Source of the DNA: Candidatus Enterousia sp. | Lineage (GTDB): Bacteria; Pseudomonadota; Alphaproteobacteria; Rs-D84 | Reading direction: 5' to 3' | DNA length: 64,000 bases | Assembly (NCBI GenBank): GCA_045657405.1 | Contig: JAZOTB010000025.1 | Span: 6,943-70,942, forward strand | In this document: one piece after another, positions 17,604 to 28,425 of the stretch | Position numbering within the stretch: position 1 is the first letter of the stretch | Layout of the letters: each line of letters starts with the position of its first letter | Position numbers and translations under genes: made by a program | The notes under the pieces: model-generated | Told to the model about the DNA's origin: nothing | Seen by the model: the letters and a program-made list of their open reading frames with translations, nothing else | The model's database searches: none

Positions 17604-18830
17604 TTATAGACTTTTTTCTGGTAAATGCAAGTTTTTATCACATTTTGTATCATTATGACGTAATTTTACATTTTTTATATCCTCTATTGTTTGCGTTCCC
17701 GCCAGTGTCATCACACGCCTTAAGTCCGTCTTCAAATAATCAAACACAGAAACAACACCACGCCATCCCCCCAATGCCAAACCATAGATTACTGGCCGAC
17801 CAATTGCAACGACATCTGCTCCACTTGCAATTGCCTTGAATATATGTTGTCCACGTCTTATACCACTATCAAATATTATTGGAACACGCTTATTAACACG
17901 CTGTGCTATTTCTTGTAACACATCAAACGAAGCAGGCGCTCCATCTAACTGACGACCACCATGATTAGACACCCATATTGCATCTGCACCATATGCAATT
18001 GCAATTTCTGCATCGTCTGGATGTTGAATACCTTTGACAATCACAGGCAAATCCGTCATTTGTTTAACAAGATACACATCATATGGCGTTAATTTATTTT
18101 GTGATTCAGCAAAAATTTTGTTGATTCCCTGCCCTTTTGTTGGTCCACTTTTTTGTGCAACGTTGGGCAAAGATAAAGGAAACCTAAAATTATTTCTTTT
18201 ATCACGTACTCTGTTACCCCCAACAGGTGCATCCACAGTCAAAATAATTGCAGAAAAACCTAATTCTTTTGCTTGATTAACAATTGCACGATTAAAAGCA
18301 TCATCTTTACTTAGATACAATTGAAACCATTGTGGTGCTCCATTTCCAGCCTTTGCAATTTCTACTAATGGAGAACTTGCATAATTGCTAACACTCATGA
18401 TTGTACCACTAGCGGCAACACCACGTGCAGTCCCCGCCTCTGCAGAAACATGTGCCAAACCATGTGCAGCAGCAGGCGCTGCAATAACAGGCAAAGATAT
18501 ATTTATCCCTAAAATACTTGTTGTTATATCTGGCATATCAACACCCGTTAGAACACGCGGCACTATGTCAACTTTATCAAATACAGTTATATTTCTATGC
18601 ATGGTATTTTCTGTTTCTGCACCACCATAAATATAATCAAAACCACCACTTGGGATTACCATTGACGCCCGACGTTCTAGATCGTCTATGTCATATATTG
18701 TAATTTCTGTATCTGACGTTGGTGCATTATATTTATAATTTGGGGCAATATATTTATTAAATTTTAGAACCAACCATATCACCAGTAAAACCAACAAAAA
18801 AATACACAAAGCAAAAATTATTTTACGCAT
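17604..18830 (-). CDS. FMN-dependent alpha-hydroxy-acid dehydrogenase/oxidase family protein (LldD/glycolate oxidase-like) with N-terminal membrane anchor
   Basis: 408 aa. N-terminal TM helix, then ...AIWVSNHGGRQLDGAPASFDVLQEIAQ... (FMN-dehydrogenase active-site region). Confidence 0.7.
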   Translation of the reverse strand: MRKIIFALCIFLLVLLVIWLVLKFNKYIAPNYKYNAPTSDTEITIYDIDDLERRASMVIPSGGFDYIYGGAETENTMHRNITVFDKVDIVPRVLTGVDMPDITTSILGINISLPVIAAPAAAHGLAHVSAEAGTARGVAASGTIMSVSNYASSPLVEIAKAGNGAPQWFQLYLSKDDAFNRAIVNQAKELGFSAIILTVDAPVGGNRVRDKRNNFRFPLSLPNVAQKSGPTKGQGINKIFAESQNKLTPYDVYLVKQMTDLPVIVKGIQHPDDAEIAIAYGADAIWVSNHGGRQLDGAPASFDVLQEIAQRVNKRVPIIFDSGIRRGQHIFKAIASGADVVAIGRPVIYGLALGGWRGVVSVFDYLKTDLRRVMTLAGTQTIEDIKNVKLRHNDTKCDKNLHLPEKSL

Positions 18831-18920
18831 ATAAACACTCCTTGTTTATATACACAATAACATAAATATAGAATATATTTGATACGACAGTATTCATAAA
18901 ACAAGGTGTAAAAACATACC

Positions 18921-20228
18921 TTATTTTTTCAAATATGTTGAAGGATTATACGCCTTGGTTCCCTTTCGTATTTCAAAATGCAATTGTGGCGAATCAACCT
19001 TGCCCGTTTGACCAACAGCACCTATTTTTTGTCCGACATTAACACGCATACCACGACGCACATTCATTGTATCCATATGCGCATACACAGTCATCCAACC
19101 ACCAGAATGCTGAATTATAACCAAATTTCCCATACCTTTTACTTCATTACCAGCATACGCAACAACTCCATTTTCAGCTGCTTTTACCGTACTTCCCAAT
19201 GTTGCACCAATATTAATGCCATCATTAAACAAACCATTGGATTTTGCGCCATACGCAGACAAAATTTTTCCACGAACCGGCCAAGCAAATTTTGAAGATG
19301 AACGTGCCGTAATCGCAGGCAATTTTTTTGATGGATCAGATGAAATCTTCTTTGGTTCTGTTTTTACAGTTTTATTTTTTTCCATATTAACATCTGACAC
19401 AGACGTATCCACCATGTGTTCAGAAACAGTACTTTTTTTAACAACCGGTTTTGTCATTTGACTTGTTTTTGCAAGTGATGCTGTTGCTAAATTAGGGATC
19501 CGTAAAACTTGTCCATGTTGCAAGTTAAATGGTGCAGTCAAATTATTCATAACAGCTAAATCATTAACTGGCACCGAATATTTTCTGGACAAAGAATATA
19601 ATGTATCACCTTTACGCACTGTTACTTCTTGTAATTCAACACGTGTTGTTGTTTTAACACCACTAACAGGTTTATTTACAGTTAACACATCATCAGATTT
19701 TAGTTCTTTTACCAGACTTAAACGTTGCCCCACAGATAAACTATATGGTTCAGTTAGGTTATTTATCTTGGCCAAATCATCAACTGTTGTATTATGTTTT
19801 TTTGCCAAACCATACAAAGTATCACCACGTTCAACAACAATTTCTGTTACAGGTGTTTGTTGTTCATATTCTGGCACCCTTAAAACATCATCAGATTCAA
19901 CAGATGTTTCTGCAACAACTTCCTGACCATATAACGACTGAGATTCCATTTCTTGTGGTGGTACAATATAATCATCAACACTACTATAAACAACATAATC
20001 TTCATCCGGCGATAATGTTCCATATAACCTAGGAGATGCATAAACACCGTAATCAGACACAGCAGAATTATAAATTTCTGGTTGTGCATTAGGGTCCGCC
20101 AACAAAGCAGGATATCTAGCAGAAATAAATTCACCAACCGCATCAGGAAAAGATAAAACCTTTGGCTGCAAATCACATGCAGTTTGAGTAAAAACAAGTC
20201 CACTAAAAATCAAAAAGATTTTTTTCAT
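18921..20228 (-). CDS. LysM-domain M23 family metallopeptidase (NlpD/EnvC-like murein hydrolase activator)
   Basis: 435 aa. Signal peptide, two LysM repeats (GDTLYGLAKKHNTTVDDLAKINNL; GDTLYSLSRKYSVPVNDLAVMNNL), C-terminal M23 domain (HSGGWMTVYAHMD...SPQLHFEIRKG). Confidence 0.8.
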   Translation of the reverse strand: MKKIFLIFSGLVFTQTACDLQPKVLSFPDAVGEFISARYPALLADPNAQPEIYNSAVSDYGVYASPRLYGTLSPDEDYVVYSSVDDYIVPPQEMESQSLYGQEVVAETSVESDDVLRVPEYEQQTPVTEIVVERGDTLYGLAKKHNTTVDDLAKINNLTEPYSLSVGQRLSLVKELKSDDVLTVNKPVSGVKTTTRVELQEVTVRKGDTLYSLSRKYSVPVNDLAVMNNLTAPFNLQHGQVLRIPNLATASLAKTSQMTKPVVKKSTVSEHMVDTSVSDVNMEKNKTVKTEPKKISSDPSKKLPAITARSSSKFAWPVRGKILSAYGAKSNGLFNDGINIGATLGSTVKAAENGVVAYAGNEVKGMGNLVIIQHSGGWMTVYAHMDTMNVRRGMRVNVGQKIGAVGQTGKVDSPQLHFEIRKGTKAYNPSTYLKK

Positions 20229-20248
20229 AGACTAATTATATCATAAAA

Positions 20249-20956
20249 TTAATCTCTACGCATAAATAAAATGCTAATTTCAAACAAAAACCACATTGGT
20301 AATGCCAATAAAATTTGCGACACAATATCTGGTGGCGTTAAAACTGCCGCTGCTATGACAATAAAAACAATTGCATATCTTCGCATTTTTAAGACATATT
20401 GACGTTTTAATACGCCAATTCTATTTAACAAAACCATAACTAACGGCAATTGAAACACAACGCCAAAAACCTTCATCATACCAACTGCGAATCGCAAATA
20501 ATCACGCGCTACCGGAAACAAAATACTTGGCACATCAACAGTCTGATTTAGTTGAATAAAAAATTTAAATATAAAAGGAAACAAGAAATAAAATGCAAAG
20601 CCTGCCCCACAAACAAACAAAATTGGCGATAATATTAATATTGGAAAAATAAAATTACGCTCGGTCTTTTTTAATCCAGGCGAAACAAAAGCCCAGATAT
20701 GCCATAATATAACGGGTATCAAAACTATCAAAGCAAACAGACCTGCCAAAGACAAGCGTATCATCAAACCATCAGACAAACCTGTATATAACAATGCCCC
20801 ATCAGGCCAAACAGACAATAATGGCATTGTAAAAAAAGACTGAACAAACGGAGATACATACCAACCAAAAACAAACATCACCATAAAAATCAGTACGCAC
20901 CACAATATGCGACGACGCAATTCTGAAAAATGTTGTAACAAGGTCATTTTTTCCAT
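20249..20956 (-). CDS. tatC: Twin-arginine translocase subunit TatC
   Basis: 235 aa, 6 TM. MTLLQHFSELRRRILWCVLIFMVMFVFGWYVS... Confidence 0.85.
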   Translation of the reverse strand: MEKMTLLQHFSELRRRILWCVLIFMVMFVFGWYVSPFVQSFFTMPLLSVWPDGALLYTGLSDGLMIRLSLAGLFALIVLIPVILWHIWAFVSPGLKKTERNFIFPILILSPILFVCGAGFAFYFLFPFIFKFFIQLNQTVDVPSILFPVARDYLRFAVGMMKVFGVVFQLPLVMVLLNRIGVLKRQYVLKMRRYAIVFIVIAAAVLTPPDIVSQILLALPMWFLFEISILFMRRD

Positions 20957-21249
20957 TACAAATTCCCATTACGTTTTTTTTGTGGCTTCGTTTTTTTCTT
21001 TGGAATCACATCAGAAAAAGTATCTAGAACTTCGTCTGTTGTTGAACGTATTAAATCATCAATAGGTTTTTCCAAATCAATCTGCTGTTTCAGATTTTCA
21101 GAAACATCTGTTATTTTCCAAATTATTTTTCGTACAGCATTAACAATATGCGCGACAAACTTGGCAACATCTGGCCACAGTCGCGATGGAATAATCAACA
21201 CAGCAACTAATACAATTACGAAAAATTCAGCCCAACTAATTCCAAACAT
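20956..21249 (-). CDS. tatB: Twin-arginine translocase subunit TatB
   Basis: 97 aa. MFGISWAEFFVIVLVAVLIIPSRLWPDV..., adjacent to tatC (ATGA overlap). Confidence 0.65.
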   Translation of the reverse strand: MFGISWAEFFVIVLVAVLIIPSRLWPDVAKFVAHIVNAVRKIIWKITDVSENLKQQIDLEKPIDDLIRSTTDEVLDTFSDVIPKKKTKPQKKRNGNL

Positions 21250-21251
21250 TT

Positions 21252-21869
21252 TTAATCATAGAAATCATCACCACCACTGGTGCTGATTATTTTGTGTCTT
21301 TGTATTTGAAAGAAATTTTTTCCAAAATTTGTTTTTTCTGTTAATCCAGAAAAAACAACATCCGTCGTTACACCAGTTGCATCAACAACAGACCATGAAT
21401 TTAACTTTACTGGTTTTTTATCAAAAACAACAGTCATATGTCCCAGTCCTTCTTGTCCACGCAAATTCAATTTCAAAGAAAAAGTATTACTTGAATCACT
21501 TGTTTCTACAACATTAACATCCGAATTTTGTAAATCTATATTTTTTCTAATTAAAATACCAGCGGGTGTACTTGTCAAAGGCACTGTTGTTATCTGATCC
21601 AAAGATTTATCAAAGAAATATAAATCTTGACCATCCGATATTAGTTGAATTGGCATATTATCATAATCTAATCTAACACGCCCTGGTCGCAACATAGAAA
21701 AAGTCCCCTGCTCTTTCTTACCACCAGCAGTTTGAATAAAAGTCCCTGTTAACCCAGTAATAGAATTCAAATATTTTTCTGCTTTGATAACTAAAGTATT
21801 ATTTACATCAGCAAATGCCGTAACAGACATAAAAATACAACCAAACAAAACCATCAATCTTTTCAACAT
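21252..21869 (-). CDS. lolA: Outer-membrane lipoprotein carrier protein LolA-like
   Basis: 205 aa. Signal peptide, then ...LNSITGLTGTFIQ... resembles the LolA N-terminal motif. Confidence 0.55.
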   Translation of the reverse strand: MLKRLMVLFGCIFMSVTAFADVNNTLVIKAEKYLNSITGLTGTFIQTAGGKKEQGTFSMLRPGRVRLDYDNMPIQLISDGQDLYFFDKSLDQITTVPLTSTPAGILIRKNIDLQNSDVNVVETSDSSNTFSLKLNLRGQEGLGHMTVVFDKKPVKLNSWSVVDATGVTTDVVFSGLTEKTNFGKNFFQIQRHKIISTSGGDDFYD

Positions 21870-21871
21870 AT

Positions 21872-22822
21872 TTATACCCCTTTGAACAATTCTAAAACAC
21901 GTGCACGAACATTTTCCAAATTATCTTTTACGATTGCACCTGCAGCACGTTCGTGTCCACCCCCCCCCAACATAACAGCAATTCCATCAATTGGTTTTTT
22001 ACGGCTGCGTATAGAAATACCGATTTGTTCTGCCTTTTGCTCTTTCAACAGAACAATATATTCAACACCTTTAATTTGCCCCAGCAAATTCAACACAGTC
22101 TCACCACGACCATCTAGATACTTATAATCTTTTTTGCAAACAACCGCTAATGCCAAACGGCCTCCATAAAAGAATTCTGCATTTGCTGCAGTACGAGCCT
22201 CTAACTGAACGGCCTTACGCTGCTTATTATTCATCAACTCTATTAAATTACGAATATTAACACCACAATCAATCAAATCAGCCATTATTCGCAACGCTTC
22301 TCCATTACGTGCAAACTTAAAATTACCTGTATCCGTTAAAATTCCCAACGCCAATAAGTCAGCAGCACAAGAATCAATTTTCAATCCAGACATACATGCT
22401 ATTTTATATACTATTACCGCAGTTGCAGCAGCAACATCATCATTAATACACAACTGTCCGACATTATTTTCATTTTTATGATGATCTATTTCTATAACAA
22501 ATTTTGCATTATCCACAATCGGTTGTGGTCCACCAATATGCGCAGGATTTCCATAATCCATGACTATTACCAAATCAAAAGGCACGCTCATATCAACGCG
22601 TTCAAAATACCTTATATGATTACGCAATGGTATATTATCCAAACTATCTGAAATATTACCATCATATACACATACAGGCTGTATTCCAAAATTCTTTTCT
22701 ATTATATATGCCAATGCCAAAACACTACAAATAGAATCGCCATCAGGATTTTTATGTCCCATAATAGCAATTGTTTTTGCAGAACAAATTCTGTCTAAAA
22801 ATTCTTTTATTTTTACATCCAT
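21872..22822 (-). CDS. nrnA: DHH/DHHA1 phosphoesterase (NrnA-like nanoRNase/pAp phosphatase)
   Basis: 316 aa. IAIMGHKNPDGDSICSVLALA (DHH motif I), IEIDHHKNEN (DHH motif), C-terminal GGGGHERAAGA (DHHA1). Confidence 0.75.
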   Translation of the reverse strand: MDVKIKEFLDRICSAKTIAIMGHKNPDGDSICSVLALAYIIEKNFGIQPVCVYDGNISDSLDNIPLRNHIRYFERVDMSVPFDLVIVMDYGNPAHIGGPQPIVDNAKFVIEIDHHKNENNVGQLCINDDVAAATAVIVYKIACMSGLKIDSCAADLLALGILTDTGNFKFARNGEALRIMADLIDCGVNIRNLIELMNNKQRKAVQLEARTAANAEFFYGGRLALAVVCKKDYKYLDGRGETVLNLLGQIKGVEYIVLLKEQKAEQIGISIRSRKKPIDGIAVMLGGGGHERAAGAIVKDNLENVRARVLELFKGV

Positions 22823-22827
22823 ATTTT

Positions 22828-24603
22828 CTATATCGCAATATCTTCTAGTACAAACTGAACACTGGTTCGTCCGTTGTATTCATTTTCTTTTAATTTACCT
22901 AACATCTTTATTGTAGTATTTGTATTTGCATCGTCTAGTAAAAAATTACCAACAGGTGTACCAACTAAATTAAAACCAACAAAAGACAATTGTGTACCTG
23001 CACTGGTCGCAACAGTACCACGAATATGATTTCCACCATTTCCCATAACAGATGCAAAACGCAACGATGCACCACGCAGAACCAATACAGGTTCCGGATT
23101 TCCCTGACCAAATGGTTCCAAAACATTTAACTGCTTTACCAATTTCATTGTCGCAGCACCCGCATCCAATTGCGCATCAACAAAAATTTCTGGTTGTGGA
23201 ATATGACCATGTAACTGTTCCATAACAGCCTTTTCTAAAAACTCACAAAACGCATTTTGTTTATCTTCTGACAAAGAAAATCCAGCAGCAGCAGCATGCC
23301 CCCCCCCTTCACTAATAACACCTGCAGCCAATGCGTCATGAATAATTTTACCTAAATCTACACCTGCAATAGAACGTCCTGAACCATTTATTTGTCCATC
23401 TGATTTTGTTGCAACACACGAAGGCAAATTAAATTTATCCTTTAATCTACCTGCGATAATTCCCATCACACCACCATGCCAATTATCACCACAGATGAAC
23501 AAGCTACACTTACCAGACGCACAACATTTTTCTGCCATTTGTGTTGCAGACAACATAATAGCATTTTGAATATCAATACGTTCTTGATTCATTTGATGCA
23601 ATTTATTTGCCAAATCATTTGCGATTAACGGATTATCTGTTAACAACAAATCCAGCGCAGGCGATGCAGAATCCAAGCGTCCTGCCGCATTTAATCGTGG
23701 TCCTAAGGCAAAACCTGCTGCATACACAGACGGTTTTTTTATACCCGCTAAATCCATCAAAACACGCAACCCTAAATTTTGACGCAACCCTAAAACTTTT
23801 AGACCTGTTGCAACAAATGCACGATTCAAACCAACCAACGGCATCGTATCACAAATTGTTCCCAACGCGACAAAATCAAGATAATTTATTAAATTTTCAT
23901 TATGCAATTTATCAGACAAAACGTCATCTAAACTTCTAGATTTTAATTCACGATTAACTGCAACTAACGTTAAAAAGGCAACACCAACGCCTGCCAAATA
24001 AGACAAGCCAGAATCATCATCAACACATTTTGGATTTACAACTGCGTCTGCATCTGGAATAACATTATCGGGTGAATGATGGTCTGTTATAACAACACTT
24101 AACCCCAAATCTTTTGCAAACTTTACTTCTTCTATTCCACTAATACCACAATCTACTGTAATCAATAAATCAACATTATCTTTAACAATATCTGCAATCG
24201 CCTCATTATTTAGGCCATACCCTTCACCTTCACGCGTTGGCAAATGCCAAACAACATCAACCCCCAGCGCACGCATATATTTCACAAAGACCGCAGTTGA
24301 TGTAATACCATCAACATCGTAATCGCCATATATCGCAATTTTTTGATGTTTTTCAATAGCATCCGCTATCAACTTTGCGGCTATATCCATATCCTTTAAT
24401 ACAGATGGATCAGGCATATATTCTTTTATGCTTGGGTTCAAAAATCGTTCAACTTCTAAATCAGACACAATACCGCGCCCATTTAGAATATTTTTAAGCA
24501 AATCTTCTGTACCACAAACACTATCATACACAGACACCCATGCCCTACCCAGCATGGATTTATCAACTATTCTATTCACGCTATACTCTTTTTTTATTAT
24601 CAA
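22828..24603 (-). CDS. recJ: Single-stranded-DNA-specific exonuclease RecJ
   Basis: 591 aa. DHH motifs (IYGDYDVDGITS, VVITDHHSP), DHHA1 (GGGHAAAAGFS), C-terminal OB fold. Confidence 0.85.
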   Translation of the reverse strand: MIIKKEYSVNRIVDKSMLGRAWVSVYDSVCGTEDLLKNILNGRGIVSDLEVERFLNPSIKEYMPDPSVLKDMDIAAKLIADAIEKHQKIAIYGDYDVDGITSTAVFVKYMRALGVDVVWHLPTREGEGYGLNNEAIADIVKDNVDLLITVDCGISGIEEVKFAKDLGLSVVITDHHSPDNVIPDADAVVNPKCVDDDSGLSYLAGVGVAFLTLVAVNRELKSRSLDDVLSDKLHNENLINYLDFVALGTICDTMPLVGLNRAFVATGLKVLGLRQNLGLRVLMDLAGIKKPSVYAAGFALGPRLNAAGRLDSASPALDLLLTDNPLIANDLANKLHQMNQERIDIQNAIMLSATQMAEKCCASGKCSLFICGDNWHGGVMGIIAGRLKDKFNLPSCVATKSDGQINGSGRSIAGVDLGKIIHDALAAGVISEGGGHAAAAGFSLSEDKQNAFCEFLEKAVMEQLHGHIPQPEIFVDAQLDAGAATMKLVKQLNVLEPFGQGNPEPVLVLRGASLRFASVMGNGGNHIRGTVATSAGTQLSFVGFNLVGTPVGNFLLDDANTNTTIKMLGKLKENEYNGRTSVQFVLEDIAI

Positions 24604-24621
24604 GTATATTATAATCTAAAT

Positions 24622-26256
24622 TTATTCAAATAGCAACGGCAGTATGTCATTTAAGATTTTTCCTGTGGTTGGCACTGCATTTTGTGCTGCGGTTCGCCAC
24701 CATCCACTTTCTGCCACACTCTGTGGTTCATCCAACACGACCAATATTATATACTGCGGTGATTCAATCGGAAAAACACCAACATAAGAAGTAACATTAC
24801 GTTTACCATCAACTTTATTATTAGTATATTTTTCAGCAGTTGATGTTTTACCACCAATATTAATACCTGCAACACGTGCTTTCTTTCCACTTGTTTCTTC
24901 TGCAACACGCAACATAATCGGACGCAATTTTGCAGAAATTTCATCGGACAAAACACGTTCACCCTGAATAACCCCAACATTTCTTTTTTGCAATGTCGGA
25001 TAGATATAAATACCACCATTTGTAACAGCATTGACCCCAAGCATCAAATGCATTGGTGTTATGGCATACCCCTGCCCATACGCGACTGTTGCACGTTCCA
25101 CAGGTCCCCACTTTCTTTGTGGCAACGTATTTTCCGTACGACCAAATTCTAGATCCAAAGCCTTGTCCATATGCAGACGTTCAAAGAATTCCTTTTGCGC
25201 ACCATCCGGCAAATCCAGAGCAATCTGTGCACTACCGACATTACACGACAACATCATAATTTCTTCAACATTAATTTTAGGACGTGGTGGCTTAAAACTG
25301 CGAATATCAGAAATTGTCCGCTCTAATTTTCCATGCTTATTATAAATCGGAAAAGGTTTTGCAACATAGTACTCTTTTTTCAAATCAATACCATTTTCCA
25401 ATGCTAATGCTGTATTAAATATCTTAAATATAGAACCTAATTCATAAACACTACGCATGGGTTTGAAGGTATGATTTATCATTGGATCTGAACGTGATTC
25501 TGGATCAAAATCAGGTAAAGACACCATTGCCAAAATTTCGCCTGTACGAGAATTCATCAACATTCCCATTGCAGCCTTAGTTTTATATGTCTGCATCGCC
25601 TGTGATAAATGTTCATAAAATACACTTTGTATTCTAGAATCTACAGACAAACGTAGCGGATCTTTATTCTCTTTCAAATAGTCATTATAATACGCCTCTG
25701 CTCCTTCTTGGCCTTCTCCGTTATAGCCAACAATCCCTACTATATGTGAAAACAAACGTCTTTTTGGATACGTTCTGATTTGATGTTCTTTTGCATCCAG
25801 CCCCTGCAATCTAGCGTTCTTGACCGCTTGTATTTGTTTTTCTGTCGCTTTATTAGTTAACAATACATATCCACGTTCTGGTGAAACTAATTTAATTGCG
25901 TCTGCCAACGAATATTTATAAGGAAACATTTCGTGAATCAGTCCAGCAATCTTTTCTCTGTCCTTATCCCTTACTTTTTTATTTATCAGTTCAATTTTTC
26001 CTGATGCCACATTTTTCGCTAAAATATCACCATTTCTATCAACAATATCTGCACGCTGTATTGCCCATTCATCAGAACGTCCAACAGAACGAACCCTGTT
26101 CGTTCCTTGGATTGTTAATTGAAGTGTACGACAAGAAAACAGAACAAATGCCCCTAAAACAAAAGCACAAATAAACTTTAATCTGCCGCGAACATATGTA
26201 TCTTCGCGCATTGCAGCAAACTTACGTTTCAAAACATCCTTTCCTACTTCAAGCAT
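24622..26256 (-). CDS. ftsI: Penicillin-binding protein (FtsI/PBP2-class peptidoglycan D,D-transpeptidase)
   Basis: 544 aa. N-terminal TM helix, transpeptidase-type domain. Preceded by an FtsL-like gene. Confidence 0.75.
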   Translation of the reverse strand: MLEVGKDVLKRKFAAMREDTYVRGRLKFICAFVLGAFVLFSCRTLQLTIQGTNRVRSVGRSDEWAIQRADIVDRNGDILAKNVASGKIELINKKVRDKDREKIAGLIHEMFPYKYSLADAIKLVSPERGYVLLTNKATEKQIQAVKNARLQGLDAKEHQIRTYPKRRLFSHIVGIVGYNGEGQEGAEAYYNDYLKENKDPLRLSVDSRIQSVFYEHLSQAMQTYKTKAAMGMLMNSRTGEILAMVSLPDFDPESRSDPMINHTFKPMRSVYELGSIFKIFNTALALENGIDLKKEYYVAKPFPIYNKHGKLERTISDIRSFKPPRPKINVEEIMMLSCNVGSAQIALDLPDGAQKEFFERLHMDKALDLEFGRTENTLPQRKWGPVERATVAYGQGYAITPMHLMLGVNAVTNGGIYIYPTLQKRNVGVIQGERVLSDEISAKLRPIMLRVAEETSGKKARVAGINIGGKTSTAEKYTNNKVDGKRNVTSYVGVFPIESPQYIILVVLDEPQSVAESGWWRTAAQNAVPTTGKILNDILPLLFE

Positions 26257-26567
26257 TATTTTTGTTTCCTGATCGGTAAATTGTTAATATCAACAGACTT
26301 ATTAAAATTAATTGTTTCAGATTTTGGTAATTTTTCTTTGATAATATTTCCCAAGATTTCAAATCTTATCATTGATGCAAATTTTGTTTTTTCTTTGGCA
26401 ATTATCTGTTGTGTATCAATAATTTGCTTATGAATAATTTGAATTTCTGTTCTTTGAATACGATATGCAACCTGTAACACAGCAGCCAGCATTGCTGCAA
26501 CCACCAACGAACACCAGCCTATATTAAACAGTTTATCATCATCATTCATTTTAGAGTCCCCACACAC
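26256..26567 (-). CDS. Cell-division protein FtsL-like (small bitopic membrane protein)
   Basis: 103 aa. Single TM helix then coiled-coil-like region. ATGA-coupled to the PBP gene. Confidence 0.45.
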   Translation of the reverse strand: MCGDSKMNDDDKLFNIGWCSLVVAAMLAAVLQVAYRIQRTEIQIIHKQIIDTQQIIAKEKTKFASMIRFEILGNIIKEKLPKSETINFNKSVDINNLPIRKQK

Positions 26568-26585
26568 AACTTATTATGTATTCTA

Positions 26586-26948
26586 TCATAAATTATGCAA
26601 AAAACGAACCATAGAATTTATACCGTTCAAACGACTGACCCCAAGATTCAAATTCAAATCTTGAAAGTCTTTGATTAAATCCATCCGCTTAATTTCATCA
26701 TTTGTTTTACCATCAACCATAGATATAATTATTGCAACAATTCCACGAACAATAGCCGAATCGGCACGACCATAAAACCTGTTTCCCAACTGACATATCT
26801 GCACCAAGGAAGTACACCCTATTATTTCTGTACAAACTGCATTTTCAGGCACAGATTCTAATCTTTTACCAAAATCCATAACTGCTTCTAATTTTTCAAC
26901 AGGATTTTCTATCATATTCAAAAAATTTTTTATTTCTTGAAAATTCAT
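26586..26948 (-). CDS. sufE: Cysteine desulfuration protein SufE
   Basis: 120 aa. ...CTEIIGCTSLVQICQL... matches the SufE GCqSqVW active-Cys region. Confidence 0.7.
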   Translation of the reverse strand: MNFQEIKNFLNMIENPVEKLEAVMDFGKRLESVPENAVCTEIIGCTSLVQICQLGNRFYGRADSAIVRGIVAIIISMVDGKTNDEIKRMDLIKDFQDLNLNLGVSRLNGINSMVRFLHNL

Positions 26949-26951
26949 CTT

Positions 26952-27266
26952 TCACCACCCCTGATTTGTCAAATCCAGTTCTAATCGTGCTATATCTGAC
27001 ATTTTTGATAAATCCCATGGTGGGTCCCACACCAAATCAACCCTAACCGGAATATCGCCCGCAACCGCCTGAGTCGCTGCACGCACCTGTTCTAACAATT
27101 CTTCCATCATCGGACACGTTGGACTGGTAAAAGTCATCTTTATAACAACAATTTCTTTAGAAATATTTATATCATAAATCAGCCCCATATCCCAAATATT
27201 AACAGGAATTTCTGGGTCATAAATCTTTTTGAACGCATCTATAAAATCTTGTTTATCTTTTATCAT
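26952..27266 (-). CDS. DUF59/MIP18 family Fe-S cluster assembly protein (SufT-like)
   Basis: 104 aa. ...IYDPEIPVNIWDMGLIYDI...FTSPTCPMME... resembles the DUF59 motif. Confidence 0.7.
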   Translation of the reverse strand: MIKDKQDFIDAFKKIYDPEIPVNIWDMGLIYDINISKEIVVIKMTFTSPTCPMMEELLEQVRAATQAVAGDIPVRVDLVWDPPWDLSKMSDIARLELDLTNQGW

Positions 27267-28351
27267 TTCACAATATCTTTTATAAACCCTATTACCTGTT
27301 TTATTTCATCTATTGTATTATATGCACCGACAGATATTCTAATACTGCCTGAAATCCCAAGATATTGATGCATCCATGATGCACACATATTTCCAACACG
27401 CACACAAACATTACGCGCACCAATTAACGCACCAAAATCCAAGACATGCATATCTTCTACTACAAAAGAAAACACAGCCGAATTCCGTTCAGAAATTATT
27501 TTTACTTTATCAACAACAACCAATTCGTCATATAAATATTCTATTAACTGCAAATTTGGTCTATGCAATGCAATATCATGTATTGCAGGGACAATTCCAG
27601 CAATCTGTGTCAAAGGCAATGTACCCGCTTCAAATACATCTGGTGCGCTATTAAACAAAACTTCACTTCCAATTATTTTGTTTACCATACCACCACCAAA
27701 CACAACTGGATTATACAAATCAGGATTTTTTATATACAAAACACCCAAACCCGTATCTGCACCAATTTTATGTCCTGAAAAACACAAAAAATCACACCCC
27801 CATTTTTGAACATCTATTTTATTATGAACAACAAATTGCGCAGCATCCACCACAGTTATAACATTTGGATTTTTTTGTTTTGCAACATTAATTATTTTTT
27901 CAACATCTTGCGCAACACCAACAACATTAGACATCGCAGTTATAACTAAAACATCTACATTTGGAATTTGTTCAATATTTATATTTAACGAATCGTCTAA
28001 TGGACACACAATAATATTTGCGCCAGTCATCACAAAAGGCAGCCTTGCACTGTGATGATCTAAATCGGATACACCGATATACATCTCAGATGTTATATTT
28101 AACATTCTAGCAACAACATTCATTCCAGCCGTTGTACCAGACGTAAAAACTATATTATCCGATGACGTTCCAATAAAGTCCGCAACACATTCACGCGCAT
28201 TTTTTACCATTAAATCTACATCCGATGCACGCTTACAAATTCCACGCCCTGCATTAGCATAACCATTAGTAAGAAAATCCACCTGCGTATCAATAACCGC
28301 CTTTGGTTTCAAATAACTTGCTGCTGCATCTAAGTATATGATTTTATTCAT
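27263..28351 (-). CDS. sufS: Cysteine desulfurase, class V aminotransferase family (SufS-like, short form)
   Basis: 362 aa. PLP lysine region FLCFSGHKIGADTGLGVLY; catalytic cysteine region VRVGNMCASW resembles the SufS RaGhHCA motif. Confidence 0.75.
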   Translation of the reverse strand: MNKIIYLDAAASYLKPKAVIDTQVDFLTNGYANAGRGICKRASDVDLMVKNARECVADFIGTSSDNIVFTSGTTAGMNVVARMLNITSEMYIGVSDLDHHSARLPFVMTGANIIVCPLDDSLNINIEQIPNVDVLVITAMSNVVGVAQDVEKIINVAKQKNPNVITVVDAAQFVVHNKIDVQKWGCDFLCFSGHKIGADTGLGVLYIKNPDLYNPVVFGGGMVNKIIGSEVLFNSAPDVFEAGTLPLTQIAGIVPAIHDIALHRPNLQLIEYLYDELVVVDKVKIISERNSAVFSFVVEDMHVLDFGALIGARNVCVRVGNMCASWMHQYLGISGSIRISVGAYNTIDEIKQVIGFIKDIVK

Positions 28352-28425
28352 TTATGATTTCTCTTGCATTTTATAATGATTATAATACACTCGCTTGGAA
28401 TATCAACAACAGAAGGAGAAAAAAG

